Origin: a virus
Taxonomy: Duplodnaviria > Caudoviricetes
DNA: 59,212 nucleotides
Direction: 5' to 3' (one strand)
IMG/VR virus record: IMGVR_UViG_3300036791_001093
Span: 1-59,212 of that record
The notes beneath the pieces were generated by a model. The model saw nothing but the letters and a program-made list of their open reading frames with translations. It made no database searches and had not been told where the DNA came from. Of this stretch, positions 48,091-58,025 are shown piece by piece (position 1 is the stretch's first letter; each line of letters starts with the position of its first letter). Made by a program: the position numbers and the translations under genes.

Positions 48091-48478
48091 GGAAGCAGAT
48101 ATTCTTGGCGTTACCACACACCGTGGTTGACAGGGTCACGTTGGTATTGCCGGCCGGATCGGAGCTTACCGTGATGGCGCCAGAAGTATCGAGCACCCCG
48201 GCAACCGTCCCCAGCGTGATCTTAACGCTGTTGGTCGCCGGCATGCCGTACTGCCAATGCCACGTTATCGCCCCGGTGACATCAACGATGTCAACCTGCA
48301 GCGCCTGGAACCCGCAATTGATCTGCGCAGTGTTGCCAGTGCTCGACGTGAAATTCCCATAGACATCGCACGCCTCGCCGCCAGACTGCACGCAGTTGCC
48401 GATCAGGTTGCCCGGCCCGGTATAGGTCGCCGGGAAAGCAGCGCCATGTAATGAGGTATCGATAATCTGCGTGGCCAT
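48077..48478 (-). CDS. putative capsid decoration protein
   Basis: AGGAG SD; beta-rich, downstream of MCP. Confidence 0.65.
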   Translation of the reverse strand: MATQIIDTSLHGAAFPATYTGPGNLIGNCVQSGGEACDVYGNFTSSTGNTAQINCGFQALQVDIVDVTGAITWHWQYGMPATNSVKITLGTVAGVLDTSGAITVSSDPAGNTNVTLSTTVCGNAKNICFHVQG

Positions 48479-48511
48479 TGAGAACTCCTATTGATCGTGC
48501 AACGCGAGATG

Positions 48512-48847
48512 CTACGTCGCCTTGGCCGGTGCGGGCTGAAGCGAAAGCTCAATCTTACCTTCGACAGGCGTGCCCTTCTCGATCACCTGCACCTCAGCCG
48601 TCGCTTCTGCCGGCAAGCCACTCTCGCTCGTCACGCTGGCCTTGATTGTTGCATGCCCATGGTAAGCTGCTTCCAGCTTGGCACTCGTCGGGTCCATATC
48701 GTCCGCCGTCACCGTCACAGGACCTGTGGATGTCCATGTGGAAGACGCGATCTTAACATCGGCGCCAAGCACATCCTTAAAGCTTACCTTCGCAGTTCCA
48801 GTGCCACCCACCTCCATCTGCGGGCGAGTAGGTACAGGATCGGCCAT
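48512..48847 (-). CDS. Ig-like (Big2-like) virion protein
   Basis: GAGGAG SD; TWTST..V.V...G.ATIKA pattern. Confidence 0.7.
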   Translation of the reverse strand: MADPVPTRPQMEVGGTGTAKVSFKDVLGADVKIASSTWTSTGPVTVTADDMDPTSAKLEAAYHGHATIKASVTSESGLPAEATAEVQVIEKGTPVEGKIELSLQPAPAKAT

Positions 48848-48878
48848 TTGAAATCTCCTCTTACCGTCGCTGGCATTT

Positions 48879-49946
48879 TTACGCTGTTGCACAGACCTCA
48901 AGGCGGGCCATGAACGCATCCTGCAGGATCACAGTGCCTGTGTATAGCTTCCATCCACATGTGCCGCGCTGCGCCAGCGGGTCGCCCGGCGCCGGCTTAG
49001 GATTAACAATCATTGGGGTCATCGACGACTTGCCCTTGAGCGGCACGATGCCAAAAGCGTCGCGGCCGAAGTACAGAATAGGGTACACATCCCAATTGAC
49101 ACCACCCGTCGAACGGTATGTCGTCGCACCGCTGGTAGCGGCGCCCGAGTTGATGAACGGCGCGATCACCGTCGAAGTCAGATACCGGCACTGCTCGATC
49201 GCACCAACCTCACCTTCAAACGGGCTGGTATGAGGGCCGTAGCTCGCCACCGGCACGAAGCCGGTCACGCTGCGGATATCACTCTCAAGATCAGGATGGC
49301 ATAGCGCAAAGTACGCAGCTTCCACCGACCTGGTGTTGAAGTCGGGATTGCTCGCCACGACCTGGGAAATCTTCCTGGAATTCTGCCGGTTGAGCCCGGT
49401 CGTCACCCGGCGCTGATCGGTGAGCCCGAGAGCACCGGTGACATTCGCCCTGGCCGCGACCAGGTTCTGATACCAGACGTTGGTGCCTGCTTTGAGTGTG
49501 TTGAATCGCAAGGTCTCCACCGTCACCGCTGCCTGCTCACCCAGGATATCCGTGGATTGCTGCAGCACCGGGTCGGTGTGGGTATCCTCGATCACATCGG
49601 TAATGGTGATATAGTCACCATACTGGTATAATTGAACCGTGTAATCCTGATTCGCCAGCATCGAGCCCGCGGGCGTCACACCCTCAACCAGAGGCGTCAG
49701 CGCCAGCGGAATGTAAAACGGTTGCCCAGCACCGTTCGTACCTCCAGCATCCGGACCGGCAGCGCCAGTCGCACCCTGCAGGAAGTAACGCCGGAACTTG
49801 GCAGTCTGCGTCGAGTTCGTCGGCAGCGGGTATGTTTGACCGAACTTTTCAATATGCAGATAGGGCATCGCCCGCTTGAGCATCCGCACGACGGAATAAG
49901 CCGCAACCGCGGGGGATATATCTCCGTAGGAAGTTATTGCTACCAT
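48879..49946 (-). CDS. major capsid protein, N4-gp56 family
   Basis: YGDISP, KFRRY, L.EGVTP, QYGD, HPDLE.D, GEVG, DPL.QRG..GWK. Confidence 0.93.
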   Translation of the reverse strand: MVAITSYGDISPAVAAYSVVRMLKRAMPYLHIEKFGQTYPLPTNSTQTAKFRRYFLQGATGAAGPDAGGTNGAGQPFYIPLALTPLVEGVTPAGSMLANQDYTVQLYQYGDYITITDVIEDTHTDPVLQQSTDILGEQAAVTVETLRFNTLKAGTNVWYQNLVAARANVTGALGLTDQRRVTTGLNRQNSRKISQVVASNPDFNTRSVEAAYFALCHPDLESDIRSVTGFVPVASYGPHTSPFEGEVGAIEQCRYLTSTVIAPFINSGAATSGATTYRSTGGVNWDVYPILYFGRDAFGIVPLKGKSSMTPMIVNPKPAPGDPLAQRGTCGWKLYTGTVILQDAFMARLEVCATA

Positions 49947-49961
49947 AGTCCTATCCCCTAT

Positions 49962-50447
49962 TTACACGCACGCAAACTCAGCGTGCAGTTGTTCGGCTGC
50001 GTGTTTGTACGCCATACCTGCTTCTTCAGGTAAATCAAAGAACCCAAGATGTTTTTGCCGACGTTGATAGCCAATCTTAGCCTGCCACTTCTGCTGCTGC
50101 TTATTCCAAAAAACGCCCTTAAATCCAGACTTGTTGTTGCCCTGTATCGGACGATTATACTGGTTCTGCGATCGCGTACACACTCGCAAGTTCGCCCACC
50201 GATCATCCGCCCGGTCACGGTTCACATGATCCACAGACCCAGGCATCTCCCCAGTCATATACAACACCGCCAGTCGCGAACACCGGTACATCTTATCAAA
50301 CAACCTGATTTTGATGTAACCGTCTTGATGCAGGCATCCTGCTCGGCGCCACGTCTTGATCTTACCGACTGAATTCTGCGCCCACGTAAAAACCCCGGTC
50401 TCCGGGTCATACGACAACCACTCCTTGAGCGTTGCCTGGTCCATCAC
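49962..50447 (-). CDS. HNH-AP2 homing endonuclease
   Basis: LSYDPETGVFTW, VDHVNRDRADDRWANLR, SGFKGV.W..KWQAKI..HLG.F AP2 domain. Confidence 0.9.
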   Translation of the reverse strand: MMDQATLKEWLSYDPETGVFTWAQNSVGKIKTWRRAGCLHQDGYIKIRLFDKMYRCSRLAVLYMTGEMPGSVDHVNRDRADDRWANLRVCTRSQNQYNRPIQGNNKSGFKGVFWNKQQQKWQAKIGYQRRQKHLGFFDLPEEAGMAYKHAAEQLHAEFACV

Positions 50448-51436
50448 TGCAGCCTGGCGAACTCAGCAAAGGCAGTGTCGAAATCAGCTGGAGGCGCGAC
50501 CACATTGGTCCGCTTGGTGCTCACCGGCGCAAGGCGCGCGGCCGCCTGGGCCAATGCAGGGTTCACAGGTGGTGGTGAAGGAGTCGAAGTAGCGGCTGCC
50601 GGGGCAGCGGCTGCTGGCGGCGCCTGAGCTGGCGCTGGCATGGTGTCCTGCTTGTACCGGTTGATCAAATCAACAACCTCGGCAGCCGTTCCCGATTTGA
50701 TAACATGCTCATAAGCTCCGCGCAAATACGCAGGTTGCCGGGCAGCCCAGGAAGACAGCTGGTTGGACACGGCATCATAGTCAGTAACCTGGCTCTGGAG
50801 TTCAGTAAGCTGTGACCGGTCCGCCAAGGTATCGATGGTCTGCAAATAAGGCGCCAATGATGCAGCCATGTCCTGGTACATGCGCCTCGCGGTTTGCGAC
50901 AGCATGCCCCTGATCATCGTCTCGGTGGCACGGGCTACATCAGGCCAGTCGCTGTAAAAAGTCTGCAGCTGAGTTGCTTCCTCGGCGCTAAAAAGCGGCG
51001 GTTCAGCCGGCGGCTGCTGCAACTGAGGCGGCGGCTGCGGTGGAGGTTGCGGCTGCGGAGGCGGCTGCGGCTGCTGCGGTGCTGGCTGGACCGGTGCCGG
51101 CGGCGGCTCGACCGGTTCTAGAAGCTCGGCTGGCTCGGGAGGCTCGGGAGGCTCAGCTGGTTCAGCTGGCTCGGCCACCGGTTCGGCCGGCGGCGGAGGG
51201 GAAGCGATCGGGGCAGTCTTAGGAGGTGCCGGAGCCGGCTTCTTGGGTGCCGCCGAAGGTTCTGCCTCCGCGGCCGCGGCCTCGGCGAATGCCGCATTGA
51301 ACAGGTCAGCAACAGCCGACTCTGTCGGCGGCGGCACAACAGGCGCGGGAACGGCGAGCGCGGGCGCCGGCAGCGCCGGTGACTCGGCAGCAGAGGCGGG
51401 GGGCGCAGCAGCGCTCGCGCGCGCAGGACGTGCCAT
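50444..51436 (-). CDS. capsid scaffold protein
   Basis: Pro-rich; between portal and MCP; C-terminal DFDTAFAEFA. Confidence 0.75.
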   Translation of the reverse strand: MARPARASAAAPPASAAESPALPAPALAVPAPVVPPPTESAVADLFNAAFAEAAAAEAEPSAAPKKPAPAPPKTAPIASPPPPAEPVAEPAEPAEPPEPPEPAELLEPVEPPPAPVQPAPQQPQPPPQPQPPPQPPPQLQQPPAEPPLFSAEEATQLQTFYSDWPDVARATETMIRGMLSQTARRMYQDMAASLAPYLQTIDTLADRSQLTELQSQVTDYDAVSNQLSSWAARQPAYLRGAYEHVIKSGTAAEVVDLINRYKQDTMPAPAQAPPAAAAPAAATSTPSPPPVNPALAQAAARLAPVSTKRTNVVAPPADFDTAFAEFARLQ

Positions 51437-51446
51437 GAGGTGTCTC

Positions 51447-51755
51447 CTACTCGATCATCGTGACACGGTCGCCGGAGAGCTCGGACAGAAGCCGCTCAAG
51501 CGTGCGTGCCTCGCCTTGCAGCGAAGGTACATCATTGAGGGAAGCCTTGACCAGGCGGCCCAGGCACAGCTGCAGGCGCACCACCAGGAGCTGGCGCAGC
51601 ACCATTAGCTCCGGCGCTAGCCGCGCTTGCTGCAAGCGCCGCAGCAAGTCCGCCTCCTGCTGGCGGGGCGCCGTTCCCGCTGGATGAAGCGGTTGGAGCC
51701 GCTCCGGCGCCGCCAACGTTCCCGGCGGGCGGTAGCCCGGGTCCTGCGAGCTCAT
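51447..51755 (-). CDS. small post-portal protein (LQGEAR motif), overlapping the portal C-terminus
   Basis: SD upstream of the ATG at 51755; helical. Confidence 0.6.
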   Translation of the reverse strand: MSSQDPGYRPPGTLAAPERLQPLHPAGTAPRQQEADLLRRLQQARLAPELMVLRQLLVVRLQLCLGRLVKASLNDVPSLQGEARTLERLLSELSGDRVTMIE

Positions 51756-54111
51756 TCTGCATGCCTTTCTCCAGAATGCCCAGCGCCGTATCCACCAGTT
51801 GAGCGTCGGCATTGGCGGTGTTCTTCTGACCCTGGGCGATATTCTTGAACGCGTCAGAGAGTATTTTACGCAGGTTGGCTTCCATGAGTTTGTCTTGCTG
51901 GTCCTGCTGAGTCTGCTGGACCTGGGCCTGGGCCTGCTGACGCCGTGACGCCTCGTCCTCCGTCACCAGAATATCGTCCATGTCCCTGGCCTTGATCTGG
52001 GCCTCGACGAGCTTGCGCTCGTCGACATGGATCATCTGCTCAGGCTTTAACGTTTGCACCAATGAGTCCGCCTGCATGCCGCGAAGTTCCTTGGCCATGA
52101 GAGAAGTTGCACCACGGGCAATAACATCATAGTCGCCATCGGGCGCCTGAGTCGGATTAAACACCCGGTTGAACAGCACCATGGAGTTGATCACGCTCTG
52201 GGTGAACGTATCAAATGAGCGGATAATGTCCTTAAACGGTAAGGCTGCCTCACCCCGCAGCATAGAGGCGCCCGCCGCGGTACGCAGCGGCTCGCTTGCA
52301 ACTTTCTCCATATCGCCGCCAGTTGCCGGGCCAACGAACGTCTCGCTATCGGCGAAACGAAGCCCAAGCTCGACGATCTTGAGAAGACTGTCCAGGTGCG
52401 CATCCACGGAGACGTTGCGCACCGCCGGCCATTGCGCCTCGGGCCCGGAACCTTCGCGATACCAGACTTTGTACGCAGAGATGGCAGTCAGGTCCTGATC
52501 GAGGCGCAGGAGATCAGTGTTGAGCTCGATATTGGGCCCACAGACAACACTCCCATTATCGAGCAGCATGCGCGTCGCGGCGGAAACCATCATCTGGCTG
52601 TCCCTGACAGCCTGAGGTAGTCCAAAGCCGATGGGACTCGTATCGTCCTCGTCAAAGAGAAACGTGTGGATCATCGGCGGGATAGGCACCGACGGCATCT
52701 GGTTGGAAAGTTCTTCCCACGGGTTAAGCCGCGCGCAGATGACATTGGCATCGATCATCCACACCTCTGCGTCGATGAAATCAGAGAGCTTGTCCGCAGG
52801 GACTTCCACGCCAACCTCCTGCAGGAGGCGGCCATCCACCGGGCCGTGCCACACCATGACCTCGTACTTCATCGTCTCACTTTTCATCTCGTTGACGTTG
52901 ACTTTCACGCCCATTGACCGCAGCTCCATCTCGAACTGCTGGGCGCGGTAGTTACCCAGTGCGTAACGCTGGAGATACGAGTCGATCACGTCAGGGAAAA
53001 AATCCGGCTTGGCACCTAGTTCCTTGACCTGAGTCCGACTCATGACATGGCGCACGAAATAGCCGTCCATGCCCTGCAGCGTCTTGGCGGACATGTCGGG
53101 GTAGAAATCCCAGACCGGCAAAAACTCGAAGTAGGGCTTGAAGACGGTTTGCTTGATCGGCTTGACCACTGGTGTCGGCGGCGCCTGGGGTGCAGCCGGC
53201 GGCGCCTGGGGTGCAGCCGGCGGCGGTCCTCCAGGCCCTGGCGGGGCCCCAGGCCCTGGCGTACCACCGTTCATCTGTGGTGGTGGCGCGCCCCCGTTCA
53301 TTTGCGGCATTGGTACACCACCATTCATCTGCGGACCGGGCGGCGGTAGAACCGCCGGAGGCGGCTTAAGCACCTTCCATGTCACGGTTTCCGACTTGCG
53401 CACGAAGGGTCCTCGGAGCACGCCGAGCCCATACATAATACCGCTGCGGATCACCGCGCGGTTCAAGGCCACATAGTCCAGTGCTTGATGTCCGCCAAGC
53501 TCCTGAAGCTGGTCGTCGATGAGCTTGGACAGCTTCTCCGCACGTAAGTCAGCGTAGCGGTCAAGCGCATCCATCACATAGTCGGTAAAGGCAAACGAAT
53601 CAGTCGGGTCGGGTGTGGACACACCGGCTTGTTGATCCTTTTCCTGAGCCAGTGCGATCGCATCCCGGACTTCCTGCGTGGTGATGTCCGGCCATGGCGC
53701 AGCGTGAATTTCCCAGTTGCGCTCATTGCCCTGAAACATCAGGTTCATGATGCGCGCGAGCACGCTGATGCACTTGGTCCGGGTGATCTTAGGGTAAGCC
53801 TTGGACCGGTTAGGCGACATCGCTTTTTCGACCTCGGGATCGTAAATCCCGAGATACTGGCGCTGGTTGGCCAGCCATCTCAATTCCGCAATTCGGCGAT
53901 CGCCGACATATTGCTGGAATATCTGGTTGAAGCGCTGGCCCAGAGTCCGCAGCGACTCAGAAGAGATTTTCCGGACCGGAGGGTCGTTTTCCGGGTCGGG
54001 TGCGCTCTTGGCAGGCGCGGGCGTCGGGATAGAAACCGCCGGCGGCTTGAGCGCCGGGTCGGGGTACGCCTTGGCCGTGTTCAGCGGCGGTTCTGACGTG
54101 AGAAGGGCCAT
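51532..54111 (-). CDS. portal protein
   Basis: E.RWL...RQY.G.Y, SKAYPKITR, WDFYPD.SA, G.GLP...RDSQ, RTA.GASML; after the terminase. Confidence 0.9.
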   Translation of the reverse strand: MALLTSEPPLNTAKAYPDPALKPPAVSIPTPAPAKSAPDPENDPPVRKISSESLRTLGQRFNQIFQQYVGDRRIAELRWLANQRQYLGIYDPEVEKAMSPNRSKAYPKITRTKCISVLARIMNLMFQGNERNWEIHAAPWPDITTQEVRDAIALAQEKDQQAGVSTPDPTDSFAFTDYVMDALDRYADLRAEKLSKLIDDQLQELGGHQALDYVALNRAVIRSGIMYGLGVLRGPFVRKSETVTWKVLKPPPAVLPPPGPQMNGGVPMPQMNGGAPPPQMNGGTPGPGAPPGPGGPPPAAPQAPPAAPQAPPTPVVKPIKQTVFKPYFEFLPVWDFYPDMSAKTLQGMDGYFVRHVMSRTQVKELGAKPDFFPDVIDSYLQRYALGNYRAQQFEMELRSMGVKVNVNEMKSETMKYEVMVWHGPVDGRLLQEVGVEVPADKLSDFIDAEVWMIDANVICARLNPWEELSNQMPSVPIPPMIHTFLFDEDDTSPIGFGLPQAVRDSQMMVSAATRMLLDNGSVVCGPNIELNTDLLRLDQDLTAISAYKVWYREGSGPEAQWPAVRNVSVDAHLDSLLKIVELGLRFADSETFVGPATGGDMEKVASEPLRTAAGASMLRGEAALPFKDIIRSFDTFTQSVINSMVLFNRVFNPTQAPDGDYDVIARGATSLMAKELRGMQADSLVQTLKPEQMIHVDERKLVEAQIKARDMDDILVTEDEASRRQQAQAQVQQTQQDQQDKLMEANLRKILSDAFKNIAQGQKNTANADAQLVDTALGILEKGMQNELAGPGLPPAGNVGGAGAAPTASSSGNGAPPAGGGLAAALAASAASAGANGAAPAPGGAPAAVPGPPGQGFPQ

Positions 54112-54131
54112 AATATTACCGATAGTTGCAC

Positions 54132-55712
54132 TTACCGAATATGATACGAATTACGCTCAGGTTGACGTTGCCATGGCGCGCCTTGACGCTTGGCTGCCAA
54201 AAAACCTTGTGGCAAGCCATAACGACGTTCTCTACTATTATCACGTGCAAAATAACGGCACATGTACCCGAACGCGTCGCCCGGATGGGAGTAGGCATTC
54301 TTCTCGGGATCATGCCCGCGAAGTGTCTCGCGCCTGAGATCAGCGGCGTAGCGCCAGCCACCCTTGAGCGCGCGGATCAGAATCTGGCAGCTCGGGTCAA
54401 TTTGAAGGGCTGCCCGCCCCTCGATGAGCGTGTTAGTGTAGTGATCGATGGCGTCAAGACGCAGGGGAAGACGGTTGTTGGACTCAACGTCTACTTCATA
54501 ATGCCGGCGAAACACCTTCACGACTGTCCGCTCATCGGTCTGGGTGCGGGAAGCAGCCGCCGGGTCGGCGGCAACGATGACGCGCTGGACCTGGGGAAAG
54601 CGATTGCGCAGGAGTGGCTGAAGTCGTTCCAGGACAAGACGCTCTGCACCCATGCCCTCCTGAATCAGCTCTGCGAAGACTCTTATGCGGCCGTCATAAT
54701 CCTGCTGGCCGACGATCATGGCGGAGCCGGTGATCCCCGGATCGAGGCCCACAACGAGAGGAAAGTAAGGGTTGGGCGTGAGCGTGTTAGGGAGAGCCAC
54801 GTGCAGGTCGGCACGAAAGCCGGGAACCACGGCCTTGCCAGCGATTGAGAATCCCCACTCGGCATCGACGAATTGCCGAACCCAGACTTCACTCTTGCCC
54901 GTGATGGCATCCAGGTAATACTGCTTCCCGCCGGGGAGATTCTCAAGGTTTTCAGCATCGAGTGAGAGCCCGCCCGGCTGGTGGTAGTAGGACGCGATAG
55001 GCTCCAGAGTGGGCTGAGCCCCGATGGCAACGCCTGACGCGCCCGCCCATGCCGCGACGTCTCCCTGCGTATCGGGGACCCGGGATGGTGTGGCGGCGCC
55101 CGGCAGGCGCTTGTAGCGCCGCACCGCGGGACCGTGCAGGTAGTCGTGCCACCACACATCTTCGGTGCCGGGGTTAGATGACCCCCACATCCCCCAGATG
55201 GTGACCGGTGTGCCATCGGGCTGACGGTAGCGGCCTAATCGCGCGGATAAGGCATCAACAATCGCCTTGGGGAGCTCGACGAACTCGTCGATAATCGCAA
55301 AGTTGATCTCAAGGCTCAGGACGCGGCGGACGTCGTCGGGGGTGTCGAGGGGGCGGAAGAGGACCTGGCACTCGACCATGTCGCCAGGCTGGCCGAAGCG
55401 CAGCGTGAATATCTTGTCGGTGGCGCTCCAGGTGCCGGCCACGCCGTCCTTGAACCAGTAATCCCAGGAAGCAAGAGTCGTGTCCTTGAGCATCGGCAGG
55501 GTGTTGCGGACGATGACAGCTTTCGTCCGGCGGACTCCGTCCGGAGACGGGGTCTGTTTCATCGCCATGTAGACGAGCTTGAAAAAGAGTGCCGTGGTCT
55601 TGGCGCTGCCGACCGGCCCCACGATCCAGGTGTAGAAGAGCGCCTGGTAGCGAAAGTCCTTGATGAACGCTTTGATGGTAGGCGCTGGCTTGTAATCGAG
55701 GATGCTGGTCAT
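54132..55712 (-). CDS. terL: terminase large subunit
   Basis: GPVGSAKT, IVRNT, IIDE, SNP, AENLENL, GLDPG, DPA, SHPGDA. Confidence 0.93.
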   Translation of the reverse strand: MTSILDYKPAPTIKAFIKDFRYQALFYTWIVGPVGSAKTTALFFKLVYMAMKQTPSPDGVRRTKAVIVRNTLPMLKDTTLASWDYWFKDGVAGTWSATDKIFTLRFGQPGDMVECQVLFRPLDTPDDVRRVLSLEINFAIIDEFVELPKAIVDALSARLGRYRQPDGTPVTIWGMWGSSNPGTEDVWWHDYLHGPAVRRYKRLPGAATPSRVPDTQGDVAAWAGASGVAIGAQPTLEPIASYYHQPGGLSLDAENLENLPGGKQYYLDAITGKSEVWVRQFVDAEWGFSIAGKAVVPGFRADLHVALPNTLTPNPYFPLVVGLDPGITGSAMIVGQQDYDGRIRVFAELIQEGMGAERLVLERLQPLLRNRFPQVQRVIVAADPAAASRTQTDERTVVKVFRRHYEVDVESNNRLPLRLDAIDHYTNTLIEGRAALQIDPSCQILIRALKGGWRYAADLRRETLRGHDPEKNAYSHPGDAFGYMCRYFARDNSRERRYGLPQGFLAAKRQGAPWQRQPERNSYHIR

Positions 55713-55765
55713 TCCATATATCGAAGATGGTTGGCTCCGGGTGTAACCCGGGGCTGGCCATCTAC

Positions 55766-55954
55766 CTACTTCTTGGCGGCCGGTGGGGGTTCGTCAGTTT
55801 GAGTTTTATGAAACTCAGCGCGCGTTGCGTCCACTCGCGAGTCTTGCTCCAGATATTCCTGCTCGTTGCCCTTGTTGAGGTCACCGCAATACCCGTCGCC
55901 ATATTCCCCTGATTGGGAGTTATAGTAGTCCTGCCACGGTTCTCTGACGGCCAT
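55766..55954 (-). CDS. small hypothetical protein
   Basis: GGAGG SD. Confidence 0.6.
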   Translation of the reverse strand: MAVREPWQDYYNSQSGEYGDGYCGDLNKGNEQEYLEQDSRVDATRAEFHKTQTDEPPPAAKK

Positions 55955-55963
55955 GTTCGCCTC

Positions 55964-56152
55964 CTATTGCTTTCTATCTGACTTTGCCTTTAGCGCCCCT
56001 TTACGCAGCGGAAGTTTGCTGAGGTCGCGACCCTTGTCAGCCTTGCTGAAGTCCTTACCCACTTTCCGGGAAATACCCACCCGTCTGGCAGCCTCAGGGT
56101 CGTGGGCAACCATCTCCATCAGATTGTGCTGCTTCTTGCTCGTTGAAGGCAT
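55964..56152 (-). CDS. small basic conserved phage protein
   Basis: MPSTSKKQHNLM..AH..A.RVGI...VGKDF..ADKG. Confidence 0.75.
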   Translation of the reverse strand: MPSTSKKQHNLMEMVAHDPEAARRVGISRKVGKDFSKADKGRDLSKLPLRKGALKAKSDRKQ

Positions 56153-56381
56153 TGCGGAACCCTCTCATTGGCGTGGGGGGCGCGGTCGTGGATCGAGACG
56201 GGTCTGGTGGCGGTGCTTGCACACTCACTTGCATGCTCGCTTGCTCGGCCATGTTGAGCTTATTATGCCAATGCACCGCGGCCTCGGCCGCCTGCATGCC
56301 CGAGTGCAGCACGGCGCGGTGCAGCAGCTGGCGCAGCGCCAGCAGTTCCTCCTGTGTGGCCTGGATGGTGACAGTGATCAT
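56094..56381 (-). CDS. hypothetical protein
   Basis: ORF in the late operon; coiled-coil-like. Confidence 0.55.
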   Translation of the reverse strand: MITVTIQATQEELLALRQLLHRAVLHSGMQAAEAAVHWHNKLNMAEQASMQVSVQAPPPDPSRSTTAPPTPMRGFRNAFNEQEAAQSDGDGCPRP

Positions 56382-56422
56382 CAGCCCACTCTCGCTCCCC
56401 AGCACTCGTTCAAGGCGCGTCC

Positions 56423-57823
56423 TCAGACGATCGCCGTTGTTGTGCCGCCATGGCGGAAGTTAAGATGCGTGCCGTCGTACCACATGTCGCCATCGGCCGG
56501 CGTGGCCGGCGTGGCACCCGCCGCCATGTTGAGATGCGCCGCTGCTGTCGTGCTGGCCCGGATAGACAGCACAGCGCCCGGCGCTTGCACACCAATACCG
56601 ATCAGGCCGGCCGAGACGGTGTTGCCGGTGCTGGTGTTGCCCGTGCCGTAGATGATATTGGCGATGTTGAGCTGACCGCTGGCGGTTGCCGAAGGGGCGC
56701 TCGAGTTGTAGCCAATGACGACATTGTTGGTACCGGTGGTGATGTTGTTTGCGGCAGCATAGCCAAGAGCGACGTTGTTGGAGCCGTTATTGTTCAGCAG
56801 AGCTTGATAGCCAACCGCTGTTGAATTACCCGGCGCGGTGGCTCCGACGCCCTGCATGGCATTGGCGCCGATGGCCACGTTGGTGCCACCGGTTGTGTTG
56901 GCGGTGAGAGCACCTGCACCGATCGCGACATTGTTAACCCCTGTCGTGTTCGCCGTCAGGGCCACGTTCCCCACTGCGACATTGCCCGCAGCACTGCTGT
57001 TCAGCAGGGTGCCTTGTCCGACCCCCACCGAGTTGCGCGGTGTGGTGGCCGAGGCGCCGCTCATCGAGTTGTAGCCGATCGCGACATTGCCACCCTGCGT
57101 GTAGTTATAGTTTGCCAGGGCCGCGTATCCGATGGCGACGTTCTGGCCTATCGTGGTCGCGGTTTGCAGCGCATTGGTGCCGATGGCGACGCTATAGTTG
57201 CCCGTCGTGTTGGCGGCGAGAGCGTTGGGTCCGATGGCGATGTTATCCGTTCCAGTCATCGTCAGATTGCCAGATCGCCCCAGGAACAAATCGTTGGATG
57301 CAGTGATCATCTGCAGGGCGTTGACACCGTTGTACTGATAGGCGCCGCTAGCGGCGACGTTGGGATTGCCTGATGCGATTGTAAAATTGGCAGCTTCGCC
57401 AAAAACTCCAGCATTGTCGTAAGCAACCTGCCCTGACGTGCCGCCAGTGATGGGTGTGGTACCAACAGCAATCGTTGTTGTGCCGCCAGTGCCCCCAGAT
57501 GTTTGCGAATAAATCCAGCGGGTTTGTTCACGCGGCGCGAACGGTAAGGCGAGCGCCAGGTTCCAGCCGCCGGCGGCGATGGTGTTGAGCTCGTTTTCAA
57601 GACCCTGCGGATCGTTGGCGTACCACAGCTGGTCAAGCACTTTGTACGATGCGGTCACGCCAGTTGCTCCTTGAACAAATATCCAGCGGGTCTGTTCACG
57701 TGACGCACGCGGCAGGGCGATCTGCAGGTTCAAACCGGTGGCACCAAGGCTGTTGAGCTCGGCCTCAAGCCCCGCGGGGTCGTTGGCATACCACAGCCTG
57801 TCGAGCACTTTGTAGGTGGACAT
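56423..57823 (-). CDS. fibre/adhesin-like protein: tandem DUF4177-like domains plus N.A[IV]G..AL repeats
   Basis: Duplicated YKVLD.LWYANDP.GLE.ELN...GW.L; more than 10 NVAIG-type repeats; TPADGDMWY. Confidence 0.75.
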   Translation of the reverse strand: MSTYKVLDRLWYANDPAGLEAELNSLGATGLNLQIALPRASREQTRWIFVQGATGVTASYKVLDQLWYANDPQGLENELNTIAAGGWNLALALPFAPREQTRWIYSQTSGGTGGTTTIAVGTTPITGGTSGQVAYDNAGVFGEAANFTIASGNPNVAASGAYQYNGVNALQMITASNDLFLGRSGNLTMTGTDNIAIGPNALAANTTGNYSVAIGTNALQTATTIGQNVAIGYAALANYNYTQGGNVAIGYNSMSGASATTPRNSVGVGQGTLLNSSAAGNVAVGNVALTANTTGVNNVAIGAGALTANTTGGTNVAIGANAMQGVGATAPGNSTAVGYQALLNNNGSNNVALGYAAANNITTGTNNVVIGYNSSAPSATASGQLNIANIIYGTGNTSTGNTVSAGLIGIGVQAPGAVLSIRASTTAAAHLNMAAGATPATPADGDMWYDGTHLNFRHGGTTTAIV

Positions 57824-57832
57824 CCTGGTTCC

Positions 57833-58024
57833 CTACCCTTGCGGCCGGCACGTCTTCGCCAGCAACTCAACGACTCTAGCCCATTGTGCCCGCTCGCTCA
57901 CGGTAACGTAAGCCAGAAATCCGATGAAGACCAAATTGAACACCAGCAGCGCCAGTACCATGGGCGCTGCTTTGAGTGCATCGATCGCCGACCTGGCTGT
58001 GTCGGAGACGGGGCCGGGGTTCAC
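57833..58024 (-). CDS. small membrane protein
   Basis: TM segment LALLVFNLVFIGFLAYV; start uncertain. Confidence 0.6.
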   Translation of the reverse strand: MNPGPVSDTARSAIDALKAAPMVLALLVFNLVFIGFLAYVTVSERAQWARVVELLAKTCRPQG

Positions 58025-58025
58025 T

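Noticed and set aside
48512-48919. Programmed frameshift fusing MCP to the Ig-like protein (T7 10B style)
   Set aside because: The frame is open across the MCP end, but there is no slippery heptamer before the stop and the Ig-like gene has its own GAGGAG SD and ATG.
55603-55626. Terminase Walker A GPVGSAKT (Ala for Gly) as inactivation
   Set aside because: The catalytic Lys-Thr and all other motifs are intact; most likely a tolerated variant.
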